DNA of 64,000 nt from the human T2T-CHM13v2.0 reference genome, Homo sapiens. Location of the stretch: NCBI RefSeq assembly GCF_009914755.1, contig NC_060940.1; one strand, written 5' to 3'. Positions 13,701 through 26,900 of the stretch are shown piece by piece. The notes under the pieces were generated by a model, which was given only the letters and a program-made list of their open reading frames with translations, was not told where the DNA came from and searched no databases. The first letter of the stretch is position 1; the number at the start of each line of letters is the position of its first letter. A program made the translations under genes and the position numbers.

Positions 13701-16431
13701 GGTGATTCTATTCAATTCAATTCTTTGATTCCATTCCATTCCATTCGACAATGATTCCATTCGATTTCTTTCGATGATTCCACTCGATTCCACTTGACAT
13801 TGATTCCATTCAATTCCATTCAATGATTCCATTTGATTCCAGTGGATGATGATTGCCATTGATTCCATTCGATCACTCCATTCTATTCCATTTGATGATG
13901 ATTACATTCGATTCCATTTGATGATTCCATCTGATTCTATTCGAGGATTCCGTTTGATTCCTTTCGATGATGATTCCATTCGAGTCCTTTCGATGATGAT
14001 TCCATTAGAGTCCATTCGATGATTTCATTCGAGTCCCTTCATTGATTCCATCCGATTTCATTGGATGATGACTCCATTCAAGTCCATTCGATGATTCCAC
14101 TCGATTCCATTAGATGATTCCATTGGAGCCCATTTGATTGTTCCATTCGATTCCATTCGATTCCTTTCGAAGATTATTCCATTTGAGTCCATTCGATGAT
14201 GATTCCATTCCATTCCATTCGATGATTCCGTTTGATTCCATTCGATGATTCCCTTCGATTCCTTTCTTTGATGATTCCATTCCATTCCATTCAATGATTC
14301 CATTCGAATCTATTCCATGATGATTCCTTTCGATTCCATTCGCTGATGTTTCCGTTCAATTCCATTCGATGATGATTCCATTCGATTCCATTCATTGAGG
14401 ATTCCATTTGATTCCATTAAATGATGATTCCATTCTATTCCATTCAATGATTGCATTCAATTCCATTCAATGATTATCCCCTTAGAGTAAACTCAACGAT
14501 TCCATTCAATACCATTCGATGATGATTCCTTTTGAGTCCATTCAATGATTTCATTCAAGTCCATTTAATGAATCCTTTCAATTCCATTCTATGATGATTC
14601 CATTCGAGTCCATTCGATGATTCCATTAGAGTATATTTAATGATTGCTTTGTTTTCAATTCGAAGATGATTACATTGGATTCCATTCCATGATACCATTC
14701 GATTCCATTCAATGATGATTCCACTCAAATCCATTGGATGATTCCATTCGTGTCCATTCGGTGATTTCATTAGATTCCATTCGAGGATGATTCCATTCGA
14801 TTCCATTCGATGATTCCATTCAATTCCATTCGATGATGATTCCATTCCAATCCATATGATCATTCCATTTGATTTCATTCGATGATGTTTCCATTCGATT
14901 CCATTCGATGATTCCATTCGATTCCATTCGATGATGATTCCATTCGAGTCCATTCGATGATTCCATTCGAGTCCATTTAATGATTCCATTGGGTTCAATT
15001 CAATGATGATTACATTGGATTCCTTTCTATGATTCCATTCAATTCCGTTCATTGACAATTTGATTCCATTCGATGATGATTCCATTTGAGTTCATTCAAT
15101 GATTCTATTCGATTCTCTTCGATGGTGATTCAATTCTATTATATTGGATGATTCCATTCGATTCCATTTGATGTTGATTCAATTCGATTCTATTCGATGA
15201 TGATTCCATTGGATTTCACTTGATGATTCTATTCGATTCCATTCAATGATGATTCACTTCTCGTCCATTGGATGATTCCATTTCATTCCATTCGATGATG
15301 ATTCCATTTGATTCCATTCGATGATTCCATTCGATTCCATGCGACGGTGAGCAATTCGATTCAATTCCATGATGATTCTATTTGATTCAATTAGATGATG
15401 TTTCCATTCGAATCCATTCCATGATTATTCCATTGGAATCCATTCGGCGATGATTCCATATGAGTCAATTCAATGATGATTCCATATGGGTCCGTTCGAT
15501 GATAATTCCATTTGATTTCATTCGATGCTTCTATTCAATTCCAGTCGATGATGATTCCGTTGGAGTCCATACGATGATTCCATTTGATTTCATTTGATGA
15601 TGATTCCATTCGATGATGATTACATTGGATTCCATTCTATGATTCCATTCAATTCCATTCGTTGATGATTCGATTCCATTCAATGATGATTCCATTTGAG
15701 TTCATTCGATGATTCTATTCGATTCCGTTCGATGGTGATTCAATTCTATTATATTGGATGATTCCACTCGATTCCATTTGATGATTATTCCATTGGAGTC
15801 CACTTACTGAATCCTTTAGATTCTACTCGAAGATGATTCCATTCGAGTCCATTCGATGATACCATTCAATTCCATTCGTTGATGCTTCCATTCAAGTGCA
15901 TTCGATGATATCATTCGATTCCATTTGATGATAATTCCATTTGATTCCATGCGATGATTCTATTCGATTCCATTCAATGATAATTCCATTCAATTCAGTG
16001 ATTCCTCTGGACTCCATTTGATGATGATTCCATTCAATAATTCCATTCGATTCTATTCCAAAATGATTCCATTTGAATCCATTTGATGATGATTCCATTA
16101 GATTCCATTTGATGATTCCATTCGATTCCATTTGACGATGATTCCATTCGATTCCATTTGATGATTCCATTCTATTCTATTCGATGATGATTCCATTCGA
16201 TTCCATTTGATGATGATTGGATTCGATTCCATTTGATGATTTCATTTGATTCCATTCGTTAATGATTTCGATCAATCCCATTCGATGATTCCATTCGATT
16301 TAATTCGATAATGATTACATCCGAGTCCATTCGATGATTCCATTTGAGCCTGTTCGATAATTCCATTTGAGTCCAACCAATGATTCCATTCATTTCCATT
16401 CAATGATTCCATTCGAGTCCATTTGATCATT
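10782..16431 (+). repeat. Unit 3: mosaic long unit (A-type start, B-type body) with deletions, 5650 bp
   Basis: Offsets to unit 1 step 9983 > 9934 > 9957 > 10127 > 9852 > 9780, i.e. -49, +23, +170, -275, -72. Confidence 0.85.
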
Positions 16432-19400
16432 CCGGTAGGGTCCATTCGATGTTGATTCCATTGGAGTGCATTCGATGATTCCATTCGAGTCCATTTTAGG
16501 ATTTGATTCGAGTCCTTTCGATGATTCCATTCGATTCCACTCGATGATGATTTCATTCGAGTCCATTCGACACTTCCAATCGATTCCATTTGATGTTTCC
16601 ATTCGAGTCCAATTGATGATTCCATTCAATTCCATTCGATGATGATTCCGTACGGTTCCATTCTGTGATGATTCCATGTGATTGCATTCAATGATGATTC
16701 CTTTCCATTGCATTCGATTATGATTCATTTCGTGTTCATTCTATGGTTCCACAGGTTTCCATTCGTGTCCATTCCATTATTCCATTCTATTCCATTTGGT
16801 GATGATTCCATTCGAATCCATTCATTGGTGATTCCACTCAATTCCATTCAATGATTCCATTCCATTTCTTTCAACAATGATTCCATTACTTTCTAATCGA
16901 TGATCCACTTGATTCCATTTGACGACGATTCCATTCTTGTCCATTCGATGATTCCATTTGATTCCATATGATGATGATTCCATTCGATTCCATACCATGA
17001 TGATTCCATTCGAGTCCATTCAATGGTGATTCCATTCAATTCCATTCGATGATTCCTTTCGATTCCATTCGATGATGATGGCATTCGATTCCTTTCAATC
17101 ATTCCATTTGATTCCATTCAAAGGTGATTTCATTCAAGTCCATTCGATAATTGCATTCGATTCCATTCTATGATGATTCCATTCGAGTCCATTTGATGAT
17201 TCCATTCAATTCAAGTCAATGATGATTCCATTCGATTCCATTCGATGATTCCATTGGATTCCATTCGATGATGATTCCATTCAAATCCATTCGATAATTC
17301 AATTCAAGTCCATTCGATGATGATTCCAATCGAATCCATTCAAAGATTCCATTCAGTTCCATTCGATGATTCCCTTAGATTCCATTCGATGATTCCACTT
17401 GATTCCATTTACGATGATTCCATTCGATTCCATGTGATGATTCCATTCAATTCTATTCAATGATGTTTCCATTTGATTCCATTCGACCATGATTGCCTTT
17501 GATTCCATTCAATGATTCCATTCGGTTCCTTTTGATGATGATTCCGTTCGATTCCATTTGATGATTCCATTCGAGTCCATTCGATGATTCCATTCGATTC
17601 CATTCGATGTTGATTCTGTTCAAATCCATTTGATGATTCCACTCGATTCCATTCGATGACTCCAGTTGATCCCATTCGATGATTTCCTTTGATTCCCTTT
17701 GATGATCATTCCATTTGATTCAATTCGGTGATTTCATTTGATTCCATTCAGTGACGTTTCCATTCGACTCCATTCGATGATGATTCCATTCGACTCCATT
17801 CGATTATGATTTCATTCAATTCCATTCGATAATGATTCCCTTCGAGTCCATTCGATGATTCCATTCGATTCCATTCAACGATGATTTGATTCGTGTCCAT
17901 TCGATGATTCCATTTGATTTCACTTGATGATGATTCCATTCGAGTCCATTTGATGATTCCATTCAATTCCATTCTCCGATGATTTCTTTTGAGCCCACTC
18001 AATGCTTCCACTCGATTCCATATGATGATGACTCCATTCGATGAAATTCTATGATGATTCCATTCGCTTGCGTTCGATGATGATTCCACTTGAGTCCGTT
18101 AGAAGATTCTATTCAATTACATTCCATGACGATTCCGTTCGAGTCCATTTGATGATTCCATTGGGCTCCATTCGACGATGATTCCATTCGATGTTATTCG
18201 ATGATTCCATTCGATCTCATTCGATGATGATTCCATTCAACTCCATTCGATGTTTCCATTCGAGTTCATTCTATTATTCCATTAGATTCCATTCGATGAT
18301 GATTCCATTCGATTCCATTTGATGATTGCATTCTATTTCATTTAATGATGATTCCATTCGAGTCCACTCGATGATTCCATTCGAGTCCATTTAATGAATC
18401 CATTGGTTTCAATTCTATGATGATTACTTTGGATTCCATTCGTTGATGATTTCATTCGGTTCCATTCAATGATGATTCCATTCAATTCCTTTCAATGTTT
18501 CCATTCAATTCCATACGATGATGATTCCATTTGATTTGATTCGACAGTGAGCCATTCGATTCAATTCCATGATGATTCTATTTGATTCAATTGGTTGACA
18601 TTTCCATTCGATTCCATTCGATGATGATTCCCTTTGATTCCATTCAAAGATGATTCCATTCTAGCCCATTCAATCATTCCATTCGATTCTATTCAATGAT
18701 GATTCCATTCATGTCGATTTGGTGATTCCATTTGACTTCATTTGATGATGATTCCTTTCAAGTTCATTAGATGATTCTATTCGATTCCATTTGATGATGA
18801 TCCCATTCGAGTCCATTCAGTGATTCCATTCGTTTCCATTCCATGATGATTCCATTCCATTCCATTCAATGATTCCATTCGATTCCGTTTGATGATGATT
18901 TCATTCGAGTCCATTTGATGATTCCATTTGATTCCATTCGATGATGATTCCATTCGAGTCCATTCGATGATTCTACTCGAATCCACTTCATGATTTCTTT
19001 TCATTATAGTTGGTGATGATTCCATTGGAGTCCATTCAATGATTCCATTCGATTCCAATCGATGGTGATTCCATTAGAGTCCATTTAATGATTCCATTTG
19101 ATTCCAGTCTCTGATGATTACATTCGAGTCCATACGATGATTCCACTCAATTCCGTATGATGATGATTCCATTCGATTCCATTCGATGATTCCATTCTAT
19201 TCTATTCAATGGTGATTCCATTCGAGTACATTAGATGATTCCATTCGATTCCATTCAATGATGATTCTATTTGTGTCCCTTAGATGATTCCACATGATTC
19301 CATTAGATGATGATACTATTTGAGCCCATCCAATGATTCCCTTCGATTCCATTCGATGACGATTACATTCGATTCAATTCATTGGTGATTCTATTCAATT

Positions 19401-19819
19401 CAATTCTTTGATTCCATTCCATTCCATTCGACAATGATTCCATTCGATTTCTTTCGATGATTCCACTCGATTCCACTTGACATTGATTCCATTCAATTCC
19501 ATTCAATGATTCCATTTGATTCCAGTGGATGATGATTGCCATCGATTCCATTCGATCACTCCATTCTATTCCATTTGATGATGATTACATTCGATTCCAA
19601 TTGATGATTCCATCTGATTCTATTCGAGGATTCCGTTTGATTCCTTTCGATGATGATTCCATTCGAGTCCATTCGATGATTTCATTCGAGTACATCCAAT
19701 GATTCCATTCGAGTCCATTTGATGATTCCATTTGAGCCCGTTCGATAATTCCATTTGAGTCCAATCAATGATTCCATTCATTTCCATTCAATGATTCCAT
19801 TCGAGTCCATTTGATCATT
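16432..19819 (+). repeat. Unit 4: truncated B-type unit, 3388 bp
   Basis: Junction near 19710-19735 skips ~2.65 kb of the long-unit tail. Confidence 0.87.
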
Positions 19820-22800
19820 CCGGTAGGGTCCGTTCGATGTTGATTCCATTGGAGTGCATTCGATGATTCCATTCGAGTCCATTTTAGGATTTGATTCGAG
19901 TCCTTTCGATGATTCCATTCGATTCCACTCGATGATGATTTCATTCGAGTCCATTCGACACTTCCAACCGATTCCATTTGATGTTTCCATTCGAGTCCAA
20001 TTGATGATTCCATTCAATTCCATTCGATGATGATTCCGTACGATTCCATTCTGTGATGATTCCATGTGATTGCATTCAATGATGATTCCTTTCGATTGCA
20101 TTCGATTATGATTCATTTCGTGTTCATTCTATGGTTCCACAGGTTTCCATTCGATGACGTTTCCGTTCGTGTCCATTCCATTATTCCATTCTATTTCATT
20201 TGATGATGATTTCATTCGATTCCATTCATTGGTGATTCCACTCAATTCCATTCAATGATTCCATTCCATTTCTTTCAACAATGATTCCATTAGTTTCTAT
20301 TCGATGATCCACTTGATTCCATTTGATGACGATTCCATTCTTGTCCATTCGATGATTCCATTTGATTCCATATGATGATGATTCCATTCGATTCCATACG
20401 ATGATGATTCCATTCGAGTCCATTCAATGGTGATTCCATTCAATTCCATTCCATGATTCCTTTTGATTCCATTCGATGATGATGGCATTCGATTCCTTTC
20501 AATCATTCCCTTTGATTCCATTCAAAGGTGATTTCATTCAAGTCCATTCGATAATTGCATTCGATTCCATTCTATGATGATTCCATTCGAGTCCATTTGA
20601 TGATTCCATTCAATTCAAGTCAATGATGATTCCATTCGATTCCACTCGATGATTCCATTGGATTCCATTCGATGATGATTCCATTCAAATCCATTCGATA
20701 ATTCAATTCAAGTCCATTCGATGATGATTCCAATCGAATCCATTCAAAGATTCCATTCAATTCCATTCGATGATGATTCCCTTAGATTCCATTCGATGAT
20801 TCCACTTGATTCCATTTAAGATGATTCCATTTGATTCCATGTGATGAATCCATTCAATTCTATTCAATGATGTTTCCATTTGATTCCATTGGACCATGAT
20901 TGCCTTTGATTCCATTCAATGATTCCATTCGGTTCCATTTGATGATGATTCTGTTCGATTCCATTTCATTATTCCATTTGATTCCATTGGATGAGTCCAT
21001 TCGATTACATTCGATGATTATTCCATTCAAGTGCATTAGATGATTGCATTCGTGTCCATTCGATGATTCCATTCGATTCCATTCGATGTTGATTCTGTTC
21101 AAATCCATTCGATGATTCCACTCGATTCCATTCGATGACTCCATTTGATCCCTTTCGATGATTTCCTGTGATTCCCTTTGATGATCATTCTATTTGATTC
21201 AATTCGGTGATTTCATTTCATTCCATTCAGTGATGTTTCCATTCGACTGTATTCGATGATGATTCCATTCGACTCCATTCGATTATGATTTCATTCAATT
21301 CCATTCCATAATGATTCCCTTCGAGTCCATTCGATGATTCCATTCGATTCCATTCAACGATGATTTGATTCGTTTCCATTCGATGATTCCATTTGATTCC
21401 ACTTGATGATGATTCCATTCGAGTCCATTTGATGATTCCATTCGAGTCTATTTATGTATTATATTCGTGTCCACTTCATGATTCCATTCAATTCCATTTA
21501 ATGTTGATTCCATTTGATTCCATTTGATGATTCAGTTCGATTCCTTGCAATGATTCCCTACGATTCCTTTCTATGCTGATTCCATTCGATTCCATTCATT
21601 GATGATTTCATTCGACTCCATTCGATGATGATTCCTTTCGATTCCATTTGACGATGTTTCCATTCGAGTCCATTCGATGATGATTCTATTCAATTCTGTT
21701 CTATTATGATTCCATTCGATTTCATTCAATGCTTCTATTTGATTCCATTCGATGATGATTCCATCTCTTTCCCTTCGATGATTCCATTTGATTCCATTCA
21801 GTGATGATTCCATTGGATTCCATCTGATGATGATTTCACTTGATTCCTTTCAATGATGATTCAATTCAAGTCCATTCGATGATTCCATTGGAGTCCAAAC
21901 GATCATTCCGTTCGATTCCATTCAATGGTGATTCCATTCATGTCCATTCGATGAATCCATTCAATTCCATTCGATGATGACTCCATTCGAGTACATTCGA
22001 TGATTCCATTTGATTCCATTGGAAGATGATTCCATTCAATTCCATTCGAAGATGATTCCATTCAATTCCATTCGATGATGATTCCGTATGAATCCATTCT
22101 CTGATTATTCCATTCGATTCCATTCATTGACGATTCCATTCAATTCCATTCAATGATGATTCTCTTCTATTCCATTCGATGATTCCGGTCGATTCCATTC
22201 GATGATGATTCCATTAGATTCCATTCGATTGTTGCATTCGATTCCCTTCGATGATGATTCCTTTGAATTCCATTCGATTATCATTCCGTATGAATCCATT
22301 TGATGATTATTCCATTGGATTCCTTTCGATGATGATTCCATTCGATTCCATTTGATGATGTTTCTCTTGTATTCCATTGGATAATTCCTTTCAGTTCCCT
22401 TCGATGATTATTCTTTCGAGTCAATTCGATGATTCTATTCCATTCCCTTCGATGATGATTCCATTTCACTCCATTTGATGATTCCATTCGACTCAATTTG
22501 GTGATGATTCAATTCGATGATATTCGATGACTCCATTCAATTTCATTTGATGATGATTACATTCGAGTCCATTTGATGATTGTATTCCTTTCCTTTTGAT
22601 GATTATTCCATTCGTGTCTATTCAAAGGTTCCATTCTATTCCATTCAATGATGATTGCATTTGATTCCATTCAATGATTATGGCTATCGATTCCACTCGT
22701 TGATTCCATTTGATTCCGTTCGATGATTATTCTGTTAGATTCCATTAGAAGATTCCATTCGATTTTATTCAATGATTCCAATGGATTCCATTCAATGATG

Positions 22801-23949
22801 ATTCCATTCGACTCCATTCAGTGATTCCATTCGAGTCTATTTGATGATTCCATTCCTTTCCATTTGATGATGATTCCATTAGGGTCCATTCAATGATTCC
22901 ATTCGAGTCCATTCGTTAATGCCTTTCGAGTCCTTTTGATCACTACATTCGAGTCCATTCAATGATTCTATTCGATTCCATTCCATGATGATTCCATTCG
23001 AGTTCATTCGATGATTGCATTCGAGTCCATTTGATGATTCCATATGATTCCCTTCGACAATGATTCCATTCGTGTCCATTTGATGATTCCATTCATTTCC
23101 TATCGATGAAGATTCCATTCAAGTGTATTCGATGATTCCATTCAAATCCATTCGATGATGATTCCATTCCAGTCCATTCGATCATTCCACTTGATTCCAT
23201 TTGATGACTATTCCATTCAAATCCATTTGATGATTCCATTCGATTCCATTCGATGTTACCATTCGAGTATATACGATGATTCCACTCGATTCCATTTGAT
23301 GATTATTCCATTGGAGTCCACTTAGTGAATCCTTTAGATTCTACTCGAAGATGATTCCATTCGAGTCCATTCGATGATACCATTCAATTCCATTCGTTGA
23401 TGCTTCCATTCAAGTGCATTCGATGATATCATTCGATTCCATTTGATGATAATTCCATTTGATTCCATGCGATGATTCTATTCGATTCCATTCAATGATA
23501 ATTCCATTCAATTCAGTGATTCCTCTGGACTCCATTTGATGATGATTCCATTCAATGATTCCATTCGATTCTATTCGAAAATGATTCCATTTGAATCCAT
23601 TTGATGATGATTCCATTGGATTCCATTTGATGATTCCATTCGATTCCATTCGATGATGATTCCATTCGATTCCTTTTGATGAATCCATTCTATTGTATTC
23701 GATGATGATTCCATTCGATTCCATTCGATGATGATTGGATTCGATTCCATTTGATGATTTCATTTGATTCCATTCGATAATGATTTCGATCAATTCCATT
23801 CGATGATTCCATTCGATTCCATTCGATAATGATTACATCCGAGTCCATTCGATGATTCCATTTGAGCCCGTTCGATAATTCCATTTGAGTCCAATCAATG
23901 ATTCCATTCATTTCCATTCAATGATTCCATTCGAGTCCATTTGATCATT
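19820..23949 (+). repeat. Unit 5: short S-type unit, 4130 bp
   Basis: Landmarks at 19820 and 23950; constant offset 13168 to unit 2. Confidence 0.9.
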
Positions 23950-26900
23950 CCGGTAGGGTCCGTTCGATGTTGATTCCATTGGAGTGCATTCGATGATTCC
24001 ATTCGAGTCCATTTTAGGATTTGATTCGAGTCCTTTCGATGATTCCATTCGATTCCACTCGATGATTTCATTCGAGTCCATTCGACACTTCCAATCGATT
24101 CCATTTGATGTTTCCATTCGATTCCAATTGATGATTCCATTCAATTCCATTCGATGATGATTCCGTACGATTCCATTCTGTGATGATTCCATGTGATTCC
24201 ATTCAATGATGATTCCTTTCGATTGCATTCGATTATGATTCATTTCGTGTTCATTCTATGGTTCCACAGGTTTCCATTCGATGATGTTTCCATTCGTGTC
24301 CATTCCATTATTCCATTCTATTCCATTTGAAGATGATTCCATTCGATTCCATTCATTGGTGATTCCACTCAATTCCATTCAATGATTCCATTCCATTTCT
24401 TTCAACAATGATTCCATTAGTTTCTATTCGATGATCCACTTGATTCCATTTGACGATGATTCCATTCGTGTCCATTCGATGATTCCATTTGATTCCATAT
24501 GATGATGATTCCATTCGATTCCATACGATGATGATTCCATTCGAGTCCATTCAATGGTGATTCCATTCAATTCCATTCGATGATTCCTTCCGATTCCATT
24601 CAATGATGATGGCATTCGATTCCTTTCGATCATTCCCTTTGATTCCATTCAAAGGTGATTTCATTCAAGTCCATTCGATAATTGCATTCGATTCCATTCT
24701 ATGATGATTCCATTCGAGTCCATTTGATGATTCCATTCAATTCAAGTCAATGATGATTCCATTCGATTCAACTCGATGATTCCATTGGATTCCATTCGAT
24801 GATGATTCCATTCAAATCCATTCGATAATTCAATTCAAGTCCATTCGATGATGATTCCAATCGAATCCATTCAAAGATTCCACTCAATTCCATTCGATGA
24901 TGATTCCCTTAGATTCCATTCGATGATTCCACTTGATTCCATTTACGATGATTCCATTCGATTCCATGTGATGATTCCATTCAATTCTATTCAATGATGT
25001 TTCCACTTGATTCCATTCGAACATGATTGCCTTTGATTCCATTCAATGATTCCATACGGTTCCATTTGATGATGATTCCATTCGAGTGCATTAGATGATT
25101 CCATTCGAGTCCATTCGATGATTCCATTCGATTCCATTCGATGTTGATTCTGTTCAAATCCATTCGATGATTCCACTCGATTCCATTCGATGACTCCATT
25201 TGATCCCATTCGATGATTTCCTTTGATTCCCTTTGATGATCATTCCATTTGATTCAATTCGGTGATTTCATTTGATTCCATTCAGTGATGTTTCCATTCA
25301 ACTCCTTTCGATGATGATTCCATTCGACTCCATTCGATTATGATTTCATTCAATTCCATTCGATAATGATTCCCTTCAAGTCCATTCGATGATTCCATTC
25401 GATTCCATTCAACGATGATTTGATTCGTGTCCATTCGATGATTCCATTTGATTCCATTTGATGATTATTCCATTCGAGTCCCTTTGATGATTCCATTCAA
25501 TTCCATTCTCCGATGATTTCTTTTGAGCCCATTCAATGCTTCCACTCGATTCCATATGATGATGACTCCATTTGATGAAATTCCATGATGATTCCATTCG
25601 CTTGCATTCGATGATGATTCCACTTGAGTCCGTTAGAAGATTCTATTCAATTACATTCCATGACGATTCTGTTCGAGTCCATTTGATGATTCCATTAGAC
25701 TCCATTCGACGATGATTCCATTCGATGTTATTCGATGATGATTCCATTCAACTCCATTCGATGTTTCCATTCGAGTTCTTTCTATTATTCCATTAGATTC
25801 CATTCGATGATGATTCCATTCGATTCCATTTGATGATTGCATTCTATTTCATTTGATGATGATTCCATTCGAGTCCATTCGATGATTCCATTCGAGTCCA
25901 TTTAATGAATCCATTGGTTTCAATTCTATGATGATTACATTGGATTCCATTCGTTGATGATTTCATTCGTTTCCATTCAATGATGATTCCATTCAATTCC
26001 ATTCAATGATTCCATTCAATTCCATACGATGATGATTCCATTTGATTTGATTCGACAGTGAACCATTCGATTCAATTCCATGATGATTCTATTTGATTCA
26101 ATTGGTTGACATTTCCATTCGATTCCATTCGATGATGATTCCATTTGATTCCATTCAAAGATGATTCCATTCTAGCCCATTCAATCATTCCTTTCGATTC
26201 TATTCAATGATGATTCCATTCATGTCGATTTGGTGATTCCATTTGACTTCATTTGATGATGATTCCTTTCAAGTTCATTAGTTGATTCCATTCGATTCCA
26301 TTTGATGATGATCCCATTCGAGTCCATTCAGTGATTCCACTCGTTTCCATTCCATGATGATTCCATTCCATTCCATTCAATGATTCCATTCGATTCCGTT
26401 TGATGATGATTTCATTCGAGTCCATTTGATGATTCCATTTGATTCCATTCGATGATGATTACATTCGAGTCCATACGATGATTCCACTCAATTCCATATG
26501 ATGATGATTCCATTCGATTCCATTCGATGATTCCATTCTATTCTATTCAATGGTGATTCCATTCGAGTACATTAGATGATTCCATTCGATTCCATTCAAT
26601 GATGATTCTATTTGTGTCCCTTAGATGGTTCCACATGATTCCATTTCATGATGATACTATTTGAGCCCATCCAATGATTCCCTTCGATTCCATTCGATGA
26701 GGATTCCATTCGATTCAATTCATTGGTGATTCTATTCAATTCAATTCTTTGATTCCATTCCATTCCATTCGACAATGATTCCATTCGATTTCTTTCGATG
26801 ATTCCACTCGATTCCACTTGACATTGATTCCATTCGATTCCATTCAATGATTCCGTTTGATTCCAGTGGATGATGATTGCCATCGATTCCATTCGATCAC

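Noticed and set aside
14555-15085. Longest ORF (176 aa)
   Set aside because: It is the 132-aa ORF of other units extended by a single stop-removing change (TTCTATGATACC to TTCCATGATACC) and a 72-bp deletion; no sign of selection.
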